Source: Candidatus Peregrinibacteria bacterium (GTDB taxonomy: Bacteria > Patescibacteriota > Gracilibacteria > UBA1369). From it: a stretch of DNA of 64,000 bases. Below are positions 18,308 to 28,563 of this stretch, in pieces; the stretch's first letter is position 1; each line of letters begins with the position of its first letter. A model generated the notes under the pieces. The model ran no database searches. It had not been told where the DNA came from and saw only the letters and a program-made list of their open reading frames with translations. The stretch covers positions 192,001-256,000 of the forward strand of contig OY970195.1 of NCBI GenBank assembly GCA_963708185.1. The letters run 5' to 3'. A program made the position numbers and the translations under genes.

Positions 18308-20905
18308 ATGGAAAATACACCTGAGAATCCAACACCGGGAATGGTTCCTGGACAGACACCCGCACAAACGTCGAGTACAAATCCGACGACAGGCCAGACT
18401 CCATCGGCGAATCCGGCTGCTCAGACTTCAGCTCCAACTCCTTCTCCATCAGGTGGGGCGATGTCAGGAGCTTCAACACCGGCTTCGTCACCATCATCGG
18501 CTCCCGAACCTGAAAAGAAATCTTCCAAACTGCTTTGGTACCTGATCGGAGGGATCATTCTCATTCTTGTTATCCTCGGGATATTTTACGGGTTGGGCAT
18601 GGGCGGACTTTTCCAGGGAAACACCACGGCCGTGAATCCTCTTACCACGAGCGTCACGAAAATTGCCGTCGTTCCGGGATTTTCAGTCGCCCAGCAAAAC
18701 GGCGTTTCGGTCGATAGTTCCCGTTTGAAAATTGATGTGAGCAAACTTTCGAATAAAACGGTAGACGTTTATATGGATGATGCCGTCGTCAGGCAGAATT
18801 TCCGCGGGGCTTATCTTGTCAGTAATACCGATTATCCAGGGCTGATCGATGCCTTGAAGGTTCAATACACCGTGACGGGTACCATGCAACAGGCGACGAT
18901 GCAGTCGCTTACGGCGAAACCGTTACCGCAGCAAAGCGTGACGGCAGTCCCTTTTACCCAGCAGACACAACAGATTTATACGATGCAGTCCCAGCCCGCA
19001 GCCCCCCTTCAGTATCAGACAGGGACCCAGCAGAGCTACACTATGCAGATGTATACCCAGCAGCCGTCCGCAACATTGCAGCCGGTGATATCACCGAGCA
19101 GAGTTTCACAGCCGGTTTTACTCAGTCCCTCCAATCTCCAGACGAATATCTTCTATGACGTTGCGGGGGCGGCTTCGCTCAGTAATGCTATTCAATGTCC
19201 TCAAAATGGAGGCGGCGATAACGTTTATGTCAGTTGCGACATGAGTTCCGCACTCGACGGCGATTACAAACTTGTCTTCGATTTGAAGGATAACACCCAA
19301 CAGGTCGTTGATATCACGGTGAGTTCTTCGACCGTAAGCTGCGTTGATCTTTCCACAAAGACGGTCAGTTTTTCACCGGCAAATTTGTCCTTTGATCGCA
19401 CTGATCCGAAAGATAATACTCAAAAACAGACCGCCATAACCACTGACCTTCCCGATGGTTGTTCCGACCAGCTCCATTTTGCGCTGGTTGATACAAAGAA
19501 CATGGATACCAACGGTGCTCCGAAAGTCGTTCAATCCTGGGCAAGTTTGGATGCCCTCAAATCGTCGCAATTCGCGATCCCGGGCGGTAACAACCCCACG
19601 CTTCAGTTTGACAGTTCCGCAAAGGCTTTCAACGGAGGCGTCTTGCCTGCGGGGGATTATGACTTCAAGGTTTTTGACAACAAGTCCGGTAATCTTCTCG
19701 GTCATCTGCCCATCACGGTGAAGGATGTCCCAGGTGCCGCGGTCGTCGATTGCACGAAGATTCCGACCGTTCAGTTCACGCCTTCAACCGTTGATAAAGA
19801 TAAGACAAACCTTAAAGACAACGTGACGGTGAGCATCGATAATTTCCCGCCCGATCAATGTCAGATTAATCCAAAAATGGTGAATCCGGACGGAAAGGAC
19901 ATCAGTTCGAATTTTGTTTTCGATATCCAGAAGGACAACAGTTTTGTTTTGAATTCACCGGCGAATGCCGCGAAAACGTCGGTAATCCAGCGTGACGTTA
20001 TCCTGAATTTTGCTGTATACAGCACTCAGTTCAGTCAGAACGGTGATTATAAGCTCGTGCTTTCCAACGTCTCGAATAAAAATGCTCAGATCGGATCGTT
20101 GACCATTCACGTCGACCTGACGGGTGCTGCTCAATCTCCTCAAACTCAACCAGCAGGCGTTGCCACTCCTTCCCCATCACCGACACCTGCGCCGGCTCCT
20201 TCACCGTCGCCGGCCGCTCCGATAAAGCAGCAGCCCGAACAAACTCCCCCGACCACGACCAGCACAACAACTACAACAACCACGGCTCAGACGCCCGCAA
20301 CGGGTCAGGAGAACGTTGATTGCGCTACCCTCGTGGGCGAGGCGAACTATACTGCTTCAACCTGTGCTCTGGCGCAGGAAATGAAGGCAAAGGGCGTTAT
20401 CACCGGCGCACTTCATCCGTCTGATCCCCTCAAGCGTTATGAGGCGGCCTTGATGGTCGTCCGTGCGCTCGGACTCGGTGAGAACTGTACCAGCAATATT
20501 CTCAGCAGATATAGAGACGTCGATATTTCTGCTTCCTACATTCCACAGCTTTGTGCCGCAAACAACGTGGGAGTCATCAAAGGATACACCTCTGATCCGG
20601 CGCATCCTGTCATGTACCCCGCACGGCAGGTGACCTATCGTGAATTTTCCCGAATGCTCGTCAACGGGTACGTTGCGACGGGCCTGGCCAAAGTTCCAAG
20701 AACCTACAGCGAGGTCGCTAAAGCCCTGGGCTTCAACGTCGCTCCGGCAAATGACTGGTTCGGTTTTGCCCTCCAATACCTCGTAAACCGCGGTGTTGTT
20801 TCTCTGGATGAATTGAAGTCGATCAATCTTGACGCTTCGCTCACCCGTCTGGACGTCGTCGAACTTATTTCGAACGTCATGAACGACGTTGAAACCTTGA
20901 AATAG
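18308..20905 (+). CDS. Membrane-anchored surface protein with C-terminal S-layer homology domains
   Basis: Pro/Ser/Thr-rich N-terminus, one TM helix, Gln-rich repeats, Ig-like beta repeats, SLH motifs (LKRYEAALMV, YRDVD, GVIKGY, VTYREF, LTRLDV). Confidence 0.85.
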   Translation: MENTPENPTPGMVPGQTPAQTSSTNPTTGQTPSANPAAQTSAPTPSPSGGAMSGASTPASSPSSAPEPEKKSSKLLWYLIGGIILILVILGIFYGLGMGGLFQGNTTAVNPLTTSVTKIAVVPGFSVAQQNGVSVDSSRLKIDVSKLSNKTVDVYMDDAVVRQNFRGAYLVSNTDYPGLIDALKVQYTVTGTMQQATMQSLTAKPLPQQSVTAVPFTQQTQQIYTMQSQPAAPLQYQTGTQQSYTMQMYTQQPSATLQPVISPSRVSQPVLLSPSNLQTNIFYDVAGAASLSNAIQCPQNGGGDNVYVSCDMSSALDGDYKLVFDLKDNTQQVVDITVSSSTVSCVDLSTKTVSFSPANLSFDRTDPKDNTQKQTAITTDLPDGCSDQLHFALVDTKNMDTNGAPKVVQSWASLDALKSSQFAIPGGNNPTLQFDSSAKAFNGGVLPAGDYDFKVFDNKSGNLLGHLPITVKDVPGAAVVDCTKIPTVQFTPSTVDKDKTNLKDNVTVSIDNFPPDQCQINPKMVNPDGKDISSNFVFDIQKDNSFVLNSPANAAKTSVIQRDVILNFAVYSTQFSQNGDYKLVLSNVSNKNAQIGSLTIHVDLTGAAQSPQTQPAGVATPSPSPTPAPAPSPSPAAPIKQQPEQTPPTTTSTTTTTTTAQTPATGQENVDCATLVGEANYTASTCALAQEMKAKGVITGALHPSDPLKRYEAALMVVRALGLGENCTSNILSRYRDVDISASYIPQLCAANNVGVIKGYTSDPAHPVMYPARQVTYREFSRMLVNGYVATGLAKVPRTYSEVAKALGFNVAPANDWFGFALQYLVNRGVVSLDELKSINLDASLTRLDVVELISNVMNDVETLK

Positions 20906-20930
20906 ATTCAGGTTCTTCCTTCTTGAAGTG

Positions 20931-20968
20931 AAACCTCCGTCAGGCGACAAAAGCTGGCGGAGGTTTTT
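20931..20968 (+). terminator. Intrinsic terminator
   Basis: AAACCTCCGTCAG...CTGGCGGAGGTTTTT. Confidence 0.8.
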
Positions 20969-21004
20969 GATTTTGTTATAATGACCCCGTTCTCAAAGAT
21001 TCAT

Positions 21005-21532
21005 ATGAAAAATTTCTCTAAAAGCGGGGTTGTGGTTTTGACGGCCGTGATGGCTTTGAGTTTTTTGAGCGGTTGCAGTCAGGACGAGTCTTCGGCGGTC
21101 AAAAGTTATAACAACTCCATCGTCGCGATCCAAAAAGATATGTTCAACACGGCGCAAGACGACAGTAAGGTTTTTGACGAACCCAACGTTGGCACGGACA
21201 AAGTTTTATCCGCCCTCAAGGACATTCAATCGAACATTCAGTCGAGCCACGACAAGTTTACCGCCATGCAGGTTCCTTCAGGTGCGGAGCAGCTTTCCGA
21301 AGCCATGGGACGTTTTTTTCAGGTTGAGATCAAAGGTATCCAGAACGTTATTGACGGGGTGCAGCAGCTTGTCGGCAAGGAGAGTGATCCTGATGCGAGA
21401 AAAGCCTTCAGTGATACGTTTGCCCAGTTCAGTTCCCAGGAAAGCGCCGCACTCAAGGATTTTTATGCCACCCAGCAGCAGGTAGCGGATCAGTACGGTC
21501 AAAAAGTCATCCAGACGGACACGGGAAATTAA
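21005..21532 (+). CDS. Putative lipoprotein (helical)
   Basis: Lipobox LSGC after a hydrophobic signal. Confidence 0.8.
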   Translation: MKNFSKSGVVVLTAVMALSFLSGCSQDESSAVKSYNNSIVAIQKDMFNTAQDDSKVFDEPNVGTDKVLSALKDIQSNIQSSHDKFTAMQVPSGAEQLSEAMGRFFQVEIKGIQNVIDGVQQLVGKESDPDARKAFSDTFAQFSSQESAALKDFYATQQQVADQYGQKVIQTDTGN

Positions 21533-21609
21533 AATTTTCGATTGTGCGACGAAGTATTGACAGAAATGCTCTGTTTGTTTTAGTTTTTGACCATTGTTTT
21601 TTTTGAATT

Positions 21610-23163
21610 ATGGCGGTTACCGTTATGAAATTCGGAGGAACCTCTGTTGATAAAATGGAAGAGGTGAGTGACCTCGTGACGGCTGAAAAGGCGAGAGGGA
21701 ATATGCCGGTCGCGGTTGTTTCGGCGTTCAGCGGAGAGACGAATAAACTTCTCGCTGTTGGCCAACAGGTTCTCGAGACGCTTGATGGTGATTGGGATCC
21801 AGTCGAGATTGTTGGATTTTTTGGCGGGATTACCCGTGATACGGTGCTTCGAGCGGTTCATTTTTTGGAGAACGAATATATCGATAAAGGGAGCATTCAG
21901 AAGGTCGGCAAATTAATCGATGATTATCTCCATTCCCAGGTCTGTGAGGCGGTTACGATGATCGGTATCGCCCAGGATCAGGGACTGGCCGGCGAGCAAC
22001 TCAGGACGTATGCAACGGATAAGATTGTTGGTCTGGGAGAGGTTTTTTCCGCGAAGATCCTGGCGATGATGATGATGGTACGTATGCGTGTTCAGGCCTG
22101 CCGTGATATCAATCTGAAAGATGTTTTTCAAATCTACGATGCTTCCAGACTTTCCACGGAAAAAGGAGTGGTGGACCAGGAAAAACTTTATCAGTCGATC
22201 AGCGTCAACATCGCCGAAAGAGTCCGGGCTTGTCTTGAAAATAATGAAATTCCGGTGGTGACGGGATACGTGGGATACATACCGGGAGGCATTTTGAATA
22301 CGATTGATCGCGGATACACCGATTCCACGGCGGCCATGACGGCGCGTGGTTTGAAGCGGATTTCAGGTGGGCACGAAGATGTGAAGCTGGAGATATGGAA
22401 GGAGGTTGACGGTCTGCTTTCCGCTGATCCGAGAATCGTGGGAAAAGACCGGGCGAAACTCCGTACCAAGGCGCATTTTGACGAAGCTGCCGAACTTTCC
22501 GACCTGGCTGGCATGAAGGCAATCAATCCCCACGGGGTCTGGGTGCTCGACGGGGAAAATATTCCGATCATCGTTAAAAATACTTTCAGCCCGGGGGGTG
22601 CCGGGACGACGATAAGCCTTGAAGACGACGAAGACGTCAGGGGTGTTCGTTTTATCAGCGGGAAGAAAGGGCAATCGGTGTATCGGGTCAGCAGTTCAAG
22701 GATGATCGAACAGAAAGGCGTTGCAGCCAAGGTTTTCACGGCCTGCGCCGAACTGGGCGTATCCGTTGATGCGATCACGACTTCCGCGCGAACGGTGGCT
22801 TTCAGCGTGGAGAGTAAGCATGCCAGGAACCAGCAACTCGTTGAACTGCTTTCGAATATCGGTACAGTAGATCTGTGCGACGACATGGCCATCGTCTGTT
22901 GCATCGGCAACAATATGGCCGACAAAAAGGGTCTGTTGTGCTGGCTCTCCGGAATACTGGCGGCCCATGACATCAACATCGAGTTCGACGGAGGGGACGG
23001 AGACCGCAACGTCACCTTTATTCTTCGTGAGGACGATTACGAAAAAGCCATTAAGGCTTTGCACGACGCCGTTTTTTATCCAAGTCTGGAACAAGCCAGA
23101 AAAGGCGCTCAAAAGGTGATGAAACCTTTTCTGCGCCGTTATCTGAGAGTTGTCGGAAAGTAA
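21610..23163 (+). CDS. lysC: Aspartate kinase with two ACT domains
   Basis: VMKFGGTSV, VVSAFSGETN, RGYTD, WKEVDGLLSADPR, C-terminal ACT repeats. Confidence 0.85.
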   Translation: MAVTVMKFGGTSVDKMEEVSDLVTAEKARGNMPVAVVSAFSGETNKLLAVGQQVLETLDGDWDPVEIVGFFGGITRDTVLRAVHFLENEYIDKGSIQKVGKLIDDYLHSQVCEAVTMIGIAQDQGLAGEQLRTYATDKIVGLGEVFSAKILAMMMMVRMRVQACRDINLKDVFQIYDASRLSTEKGVVDQEKLYQSISVNIAERVRACLENNEIPVVTGYVGYIPGGILNTIDRGYTDSTAAMTARGLKRISGGHEDVKLEIWKEVDGLLSADPRIVGKDRAKLRTKAHFDEAAELSDLAGMKAINPHGVWVLDGENIPIIVKNTFSPGGAGTTISLEDDEDVRGVRFISGKKGQSVYRVSSSRMIEQKGVAAKVFTACAELGVSVDAITTSARTVAFSVESKHARNQQLVELLSNIGTVDLCDDMAIVCCIGNNMADKKGLLCWLSGILAAHDINIEFDGGDGDRNVTFILREDDYEKAIKALHDAVFYPSLEQARKGAQKVMKPFLRRYLRVVGK

Positions 23164-23190
23164 TTGGAAGTTTCGATACGAGCACCGTGA

Positions 23191-24999
23191 CTAGCCGTTG
23201 GATTTGTTCATGCGCTTGCGTTCGTTTTCCGTCAGGTATTTCTTGCGGACACGGATGGATTTCGGGGTAATCTCGACCAGTTCATTGTCAGAAATGAACT
23301 CCATGGCCTGTTCCAGGCTCATGTCGAGGTGGGGAACGAGGCGGATGGCTTCGTCGGAGGAAGTGGTGCGCATGTTGGAAAGTTTTTTCTCCTTGGAAGG
23401 ATTGACGACGAGGTCGTCGCTCTTGGCGTTTTCGCCGATGATCATTCCCTCGTATACCTGGACTCCGGGGCCGATGAAGAGCACGCCGCGTTCCTGGAGG
23501 TTCCAAAGCGCAAAGGCAACGCTTACCCCTTGTTCACCCGAGATCATCACGCCGTTGACTCGGCGGGTCAGTTCACCTTTGTAACGTTCATAGTGGAAGA
23601 AGCTGTGGTCCATCAGTCCCTGACCGCGGGTATCCATGATGAATTCCGAACGGAGACCGAGCAAGCCGCGTGTCGGAATCAAATATTCCATCTGGGTCTG
23701 TCCGTTTTCTGAGTTCATGTTCTGCATGTCACCTTTGCGTTTGCCGAGTTTCTCGATGATCGTTCCGGCATATTCGTCGGGGACGTTGATGACGAGCTGT
23801 TCCACCGGTTCCATCTTTTCGTTGTTGATGGTTTTCATGATGACCTGCGGCTGGGAGATCTGGAGTTCGTAGCCTTCGCGGCGCATGTTCTCGATAAGGA
23901 TGGAAAGATGGAGTTCACCGCGGCCGGAAACTTTATAACCGTCCGTTCCTTCGAGCGGTTCGACTTTCAGCCCGACGTTGGTCTGGAGTTCGCGTTCCAG
24001 ACGGTCCTTGAGATGTCGCGTTGTCACGAATTTTCCTTCTTTTCCGGCAAAAGGGGAGTTGTTGACGAGGAAATTCATGGTGAGCGTGGGCTCGTCGATC
24101 TCCAAAAGCGGAAGCGGATCGGCCTGGTCGACATTACAGATAGTCTCGCCGATGGAAATGTCGGGAATCCCCGCGATGGCGACGATGTCTCCGCATTCGG
24201 ATTCCGGCACTTCCATTTTATGAAGTCCCTGGAAGGTGTAGAGCTTGGTTATTTTTCCGTTGACCACTTTGCCGTCGCGTTTGCAGACGCTGACGTTTCC
24301 GCCGTTTTTGACGGTGCCGCGGGTGACGCGTCCGATTCCGATGCGTCCGATGTAGTCGTCGTAGGCAAGATTTGTGATCTGAAGCTGGAGCGATTCCGTT
24401 GCTTTGTCGGGATACGGCTGGACATTCTTCACGATCGTTTCAAAAAGAGGAGTGAGGTCTTTACCTTCATCTTCCATATTGTATTTGGCGATACCTTCGC
24501 GTCCGATCGAATAAAGAATCGGGAAGTCGAGCTGCTGGTCATTGGCGCCGAGTTTGACGAAGAGATCAAAGACCATGTCCACCACGTGGTGGGCCTGCTG
24601 GTCCTTGCGGTCGATCTTATTGATAACGACAATCGGTCTGAGTCCCAGTTTCAAGGATTTTTGAAGCACGAATTTGGTCTGCGGCATGGGGCCTTCCTTG
24701 GCATCAACCAGGAGTAAAACAGTATCCACCATTTTGAGGACGCGTTCGACTTCGGAACCGAAGTCGGCGTGGCCCGGGGTGTCCACGATGTTGATCTTGA
24801 TGTCCTTATAGTGGATGGAAGAGTTTTTTGCGAGAATGGTGATGCCGCGTTCTCTTTCGAGGGCGTTGGAGTCCATGACGAGTTCGCCTATTTTTTCATG
24901 GGAGTTGAAAGCGCCTCCCTGGCGGAGCAGGAAGTCGGTGAGGGTGGTTTTTCCGTGATCGACGTGCGCAATGATCGCGATGTTGATAATCTTCGACAT
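23191..24999 (-). CDS. typA: Translational GTPase TypA/BipA
   Basis: [47 protein letters not shown]. Confidence 0.98.
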   Translation of the reverse strand: MSKIINIAIIAHVDHGKTTLTDFLLRQGGAFNSHEKIGELVMDSNALERERGITILAKNSSIHYKDIKINIVDTPGHADFGSEVERVLKMVDTVLLLVDAKEGPMPQTKFVLQKSLKLGLRPIVVINKIDRKDQQAHHVVDMVFDLFVKLGANDQQLDFPILYSIGREGIAKYNMEDEGKDLTPLFETIVKNVQPYPDKATESLQLQITNLAYDDYIGRIGIGRVTRGTVKNGGNVSVCKRDGKVVNGKITKLYTFQGLHKMEVPESECGDIVAIAGIPDISIGETICNVDQADPLPLLEIDEPTLTMNFLVNNSPFAGKEGKFVTTRHLKDRLERELQTNVGLKVEPLEGTDGYKVSGRGELHLSILIENMRREGYELQISQPQVIMKTINNEKMEPVEQLVINVPDEYAGTIIEKLGKRKGDMQNMNSENGQTQMEYLIPTRGLLGLRSEFIMDTRGQGLMDHSFFHYERYKGELTRRVNGVMISGEQGVSVAFALWNLQERGVLFIGPGVQVYEGMIIGENAKSDDLVVNPSKEKKLSNMRTTSSDEAIRLVPHLDMSLEQAMEFISDNELVEITPKSIRVRKKYLTENERKRMNKSNG

Positions 25000-25013
25000 A
25001 ACCGTTGTTGGGG

Positions 25014-26123
25014 CTAGGAAATTGGGGTTTTTGATTGAATTTGCTGCGATGTTTCCGTTGCCGGTTTGGGCGTCTGACCGGGCGCCGGCTCGCGGATTAT
25101 AACAGAACGCAGAATGTTTTCAACATCAGCTGCGTTTTTTGCGGTCATGAGTTTTTGGCGGACTTCACCGGCGCTGGCGAATCCTTTGCAGTACCAGCTG
25201 AGATGTTTGCGCATCGGCATGAAGTAGGTTTCCCCGAACAGTTGCTGATGGATGCGGGAATGTTCAGCGGCGATTTCCAGACGTTCGTCGATCGTTCCTT
25301 CACGGTTCCGGAAGACCCACGGGTTGCCGAAAGCTGCTCGTCCGATCATGATTCCGTCGACGCCATACCGCTTGATGTACTCATGGGCCTGATCGATGGA
25401 GACGATGTCGCCGTTGCCGATGACGGTGGTTTCGGTCCGATGGATGATGGCTGCGGCCCTGGCAATGGCTTCCCAGTCTGCTTTTCCGGTATACATCTGC
25501 TTAAGGGTGCGGCCGTGGATGGAAATATTGACCGGTTCGACCTCCAGCAGATGTTTGGTCCATTCTTCTATGGAGATCTGGTCGTAACCCACGCGGGTTT
25601 TGACCGAAACCGGAAGGACTTTTCTTGTGACATTTTCGTGCCGGTGAAGTTTGACCCATCCGATGATGGTTTCCGGCAGGCCGGTTTCTTCCATGGTTTT
25701 TCCTCGAGCCCAGTCTTCGCAGGCGCGACGGGTTTCCCTGACGATTTTTTTTGCGAGGTCCGGTGTTAAAATCAGTGCCGCGCCGGAGCCTCTCGAAGCC
25801 ACGCTTTTGGCCGGGCAGCCCATGTTGATGTCGATACCGTCGAACCCTAGTTCACAGATGGCGAATGAAGCTTTATAGAAGGCTTCGGGGGTGGATCCGA
25901 ACAGTTGTGCCGCCACGGGCCGTTCGCTTTCGTCGTAGAAGAAGGCGTTGAGGGTTTTTGTGGCTCCGGCGCAGATTCCTTCAACCGACGTGAATTCGGT
26001 GATCATAAGGTCGGGCTTGCCGTATTTTGCCGTGATAAGGCGAAACGGCGCGTCGGTGACCCCGTCCATGGGGGAGAGCGCGATGATCGGTTTTTTCAAA
26101 TTTTTCCAGAATCCTTTTTCCAT
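25014..26123 (-). CDS. tRNA-dihydrouridine synthase
   Basis: LSPMDGVTD, IDINMGCP, SVKTRVG, IHGRT, GNGDI, MIGRA. Confidence 0.95.
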   Translation of the reverse strand: MEKGFWKNLKKPIIALSPMDGVTDAPFRLITAKYGKPDLMITEFTSVEGICAGATKTLNAFFYDESERPVAAQLFGSTPEAFYKASFAICELGFDGIDINMGCPAKSVASRGSGAALILTPDLAKKIVRETRRACEDWARGKTMEETGLPETIIGWVKLHRHENVTRKVLPVSVKTRVGYDQISIEEWTKHLLEVEPVNISIHGRTLKQMYTGKADWEAIARAAAIIHRTETTVIGNGDIVSIDQAHEYIKRYGVDGIMIGRAAFGNPWVFRNREGTIDERLEIAAEHSRIHQQLFGETYFMPMRKHLSWYCKGFASAGEVRQKLMTAKNAADVENILRSVIIREPAPGQTPKPATETSQQIQSKTPIS

Positions 26124-26222
26124 CGTTTGAAGTTATGCCTGTCAGGCCGTTTTAAGGTGCGTACATAATAAAAGAGACCCGCCACAATGACAAGTCTCTT
26201 TTTCTGTGTTCTTGTAGCATTT

Positions 26223-26987
26223 TTAATCGGTTTTTTCTTCGCAGTAGGGCAGGATGAAGTCAACATTGGCGATGAGTCCGCTTCCTCTGCCGGACTGGTT
26301 TTTGAGAATGATGGCGGCGCCACGTTTGCGTCTCTCTGGTTCTTTGGAGCAGGGGAAAAGATGGTATTTGATCCTGGGGTCTCTTTCGTCCGCAACAACG
26401 ATACTTGGCGAGTAGTTGAGGTAAGACATGAATTTGTCGTTCTCAGGGTTTTCGATTTTCGTTGCAATGAGCACATTCTGTTGTGATTCGGTTGCCCTGT
26501 CGTCGACTTTTTGCCAGACGGCTTCGGATTCAGGTCCATTTTTGTCACTCAACATAAGTGCATTCATGTTGAACTGTTTTCGGGGAAAACTTTCCGGGTC
26601 CACGAGTTTGCCGCCACTTTTGATATATTCCAGGAGTTCTGCAGGTGTTTTGGGCAGTATTGCCGCCGTGATTTGTTTGTCTGTTTCCGCAAGTGAGGGA
26701 AAAGTTTTAGAAGCGGATTGGCCTTCAAGGGCATTTGTTTCAGAATTTTTTTCCAAAAAGGCATGGAATTTTTCAGGAACAAAAGCATAGGCGATAATGG
26801 TCGCTCCGATACCCGCATTTAATCCCATGATTGCTACCGACCCGATTTTTTTTGCCACTTTCCAGCGGGTGTTTTGTCGCTGTCCCTCCACTTTTACGGA
26901 AATATTTTCGGGAGACATGCTGTTTGGTGCTTCGGAAGCCGGAAGCGTGTCGTTGTTTGCGACAATAAATTCATGTTTTTTATTCAT
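26223..26987 (-). CDS. Hypothetical single-TM protein, paralog of 27019..27813
   Basis: Shares PKTPxEL, LIATKxEN, YHLxxCS and RGAAI with the neighbouring ORF. Confidence 0.8.
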   Translation of the reverse strand: MNKKHEFIVANNDTLPASEAPNSMSPENISVKVEGQRQNTRWKVAKKIGSVAIMGLNAGIGATIIAYAFVPEKFHAFLEKNSETNALEGQSASKTFPSLAETDKQITAAILPKTPAELLEYIKSGGKLVDPESFPRKQFNMNALMLSDKNGPESEAVWQKVDDRATESQQNVLIATKIENPENDKFMSYLNYSPSIVVADERDPRIKYHLFPCSKEPERRKRGAAIILKNQSGRGSGLIANVDFILPYCEEKTD

Positions 26988-27018
26988 TGAAAAAGGTTTA
27001 CGGGATTTTCAGAATAAA

Positions 27019-27813
27019 CTATCGAGGGGTTTGTTCATTATTGGTCTGCATATCCGTGCATTCCGGAACCAGCATTTCCACGGTTGAAAGGTATTTTCTC
27101 CTTCTTGAGGGCTGGTAGAGGACAATTGCTGCGCCACGTGATAGGGGATTTTTTTTGTCTGAACATTGATAAAGGTGATAGCTGATCGTGGGATCGGTAT
27201 CATCCGTCACACTTGTGAGAGGCTGCATCCCGATGTACCCCATGAGTTTATCGTAGGAAGTGTTTTCGAGCTTGGTGGCAATGAGGAAAAGTTGATCAGG
27301 TATTTCATGTTCCACTTGTTGCCAGCTGTAAGGAGCGTCCGCTTTCCTGCTGCCGTCGGTATTTTTTTGTTCCACCAGCATTATGCTTTTGAGATATTTT
27401 GATTTGGAATCGGCAAAAGTTTCAGCGGTGGCCTTGATCCCGTATTTTTTTAGCTGATCCCGAAGTTCTTCAGGCGTTTTCGGTATCCTGGTTTCCGAAG
27501 TTGGTGGCTGTTCTTCGGTTTTTCTCGAAGTGTCCGGAGCCGTCAAAGTATTCGTGGTGGTTTCCGGCTCCTGATGGTGAATTGAATAATATTCAAGACC
27601 GCCTGCTCCAAGGGCGACCCCAAAGCCGAGTGTTGCCAGGAATTTCATAACCTTTCCCCTGGTTTGTTGTTGTTGAACCGGTACGATATTTGGATTGGAG
27701 GGGTTGTTTATTGTCACCGGATTCTGCGTGCGTTGTGCCTTTTCGAGTTTATCGGAATCGATCTGGTCAGCGGAGATCGTTGCCGCGTTTTGATTAAATT
27801 TTGGCCTGTTCAT
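27019..27813 (-). CDS. Hypothetical single-TM protein, paralog of 26223..26987
   Basis: Same shared motifs; TM segment LATLGFGVALGAGGL. Confidence 0.8.
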   Translation of the reverse strand: MNRPKFNQNAATISADQIDSDKLEKAQRTQNPVTINNPSNPNIVPVQQQQTRGKVMKFLATLGFGVALGAGGLEYYSIHHQEPETTTNTLTAPDTSRKTEEQPPTSETRIPKTPEELRDQLKKYGIKATAETFADSKSKYLKSIMLVEQKNTDGSRKADAPYSWQQVEHEIPDQLFLIATKLENTSYDKLMGYIGMQPLTSVTDDTDPTISYHLYQCSDKKNPLSRGAAIVLYQPSRRRKYLSTVEMLVPECTDMQTNNEQTPR

Positions 27814-27872
27814 ACATCAAAAAATAATATTGTTCAGATATATATAACGTTTTTCCCGTCTGAAAATTACAG

Positions 27873-28562
27873 TCAGTCGTTGAGGAGTTCATGGACTTCC
27901 TGTTGGCTGAGATGCCGCCATTTTCCTCTGGAAAGCCCTTCAAGCGTGATGTTTTTGATGCGGACCCTTTTGAGGATTTTTACATTGTACCCCACGGCTT
28001 CGCACATTCTGCGGATCTGGCGGTTCATGCCCTGGACAATGGTGATGCTGAACTGGTTCGGACTGATTTTTTCAACCTTTGCGGGAAGGGTTTTGCGTCC
28101 AAGGATGATGATGCCTTCACTCATTTTTTTGAGGATCTGAGGGGTGACGGCTTTGTCCACGGTGACAAGGTACTCTTTTTCGAAGCGGTTCTGGGCTTTG
28201 GATATTCTGTTGACGGTATCCCCGTCATTGGTCAGCAAAATAAGCCCGGATGATTCGACGTCCAGCCTGCCGATCGGAACAATTCTTGACGGAAATTTTA
28301 TGTAATCGATGATGTTGTTGGTGGCGTTCGGATCGGTCGTGCAGATGACTCCGTAGGGTTTGTGGAAAGCAATGTAAATTTTCGTTTTTTCCAGCGTCAC
28401 AGCTTTTCCGTTTACCGCGACTTTTTCCGAACCTTCAATCTTATCGCCGAGTTTCGCGCGTCTTCCGTTGATGGTGACTTTCCCTTTTTTAATCAGTTCG
28501 TCGGCCTGGCGTCTTGAACAGACGCCGCTGGATGCAAGATATTTGTTGATGCGAGTGCTCAT
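27873..28562 (-). CDS. rRNA pseudouridine synthase (RsuA/RluB/RluF family)
   Basis: S4 domain RINKYLASSGVCSRR, HKPYG, GRLD, GLILLTNDG, GMNRQIRRM. Confidence 0.95.
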   Translation of the reverse strand: MSTRINKYLASSGVCSRRQADELIKKGKVTINGRRAKLGDKIEGSEKVAVNGKAVTLEKTKIYIAFHKPYGVICTTDPNATNNIIDYIKFPSRIVPIGRLDVESSGLILLTNDGDTVNRISKAQNRFEKEYLVTVDKAVTPQILKKMSEGIIILGRKTLPAKVEKISPNQFSITIVQGMNRQIRRMCEAVGYNVKILKRVRIKNITLEGLSRGKWRHLSQQEVHELLND

Positions 28563-28563
28563 T

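Noticed and set aside
22190-22240. SISVNIAERVRACL in the aspartate kinase as another copy of the shared amphipathic motif
   Set aside because: It lies within the kinase fold just before the conserved PVVTG strand, so it is explained by homology
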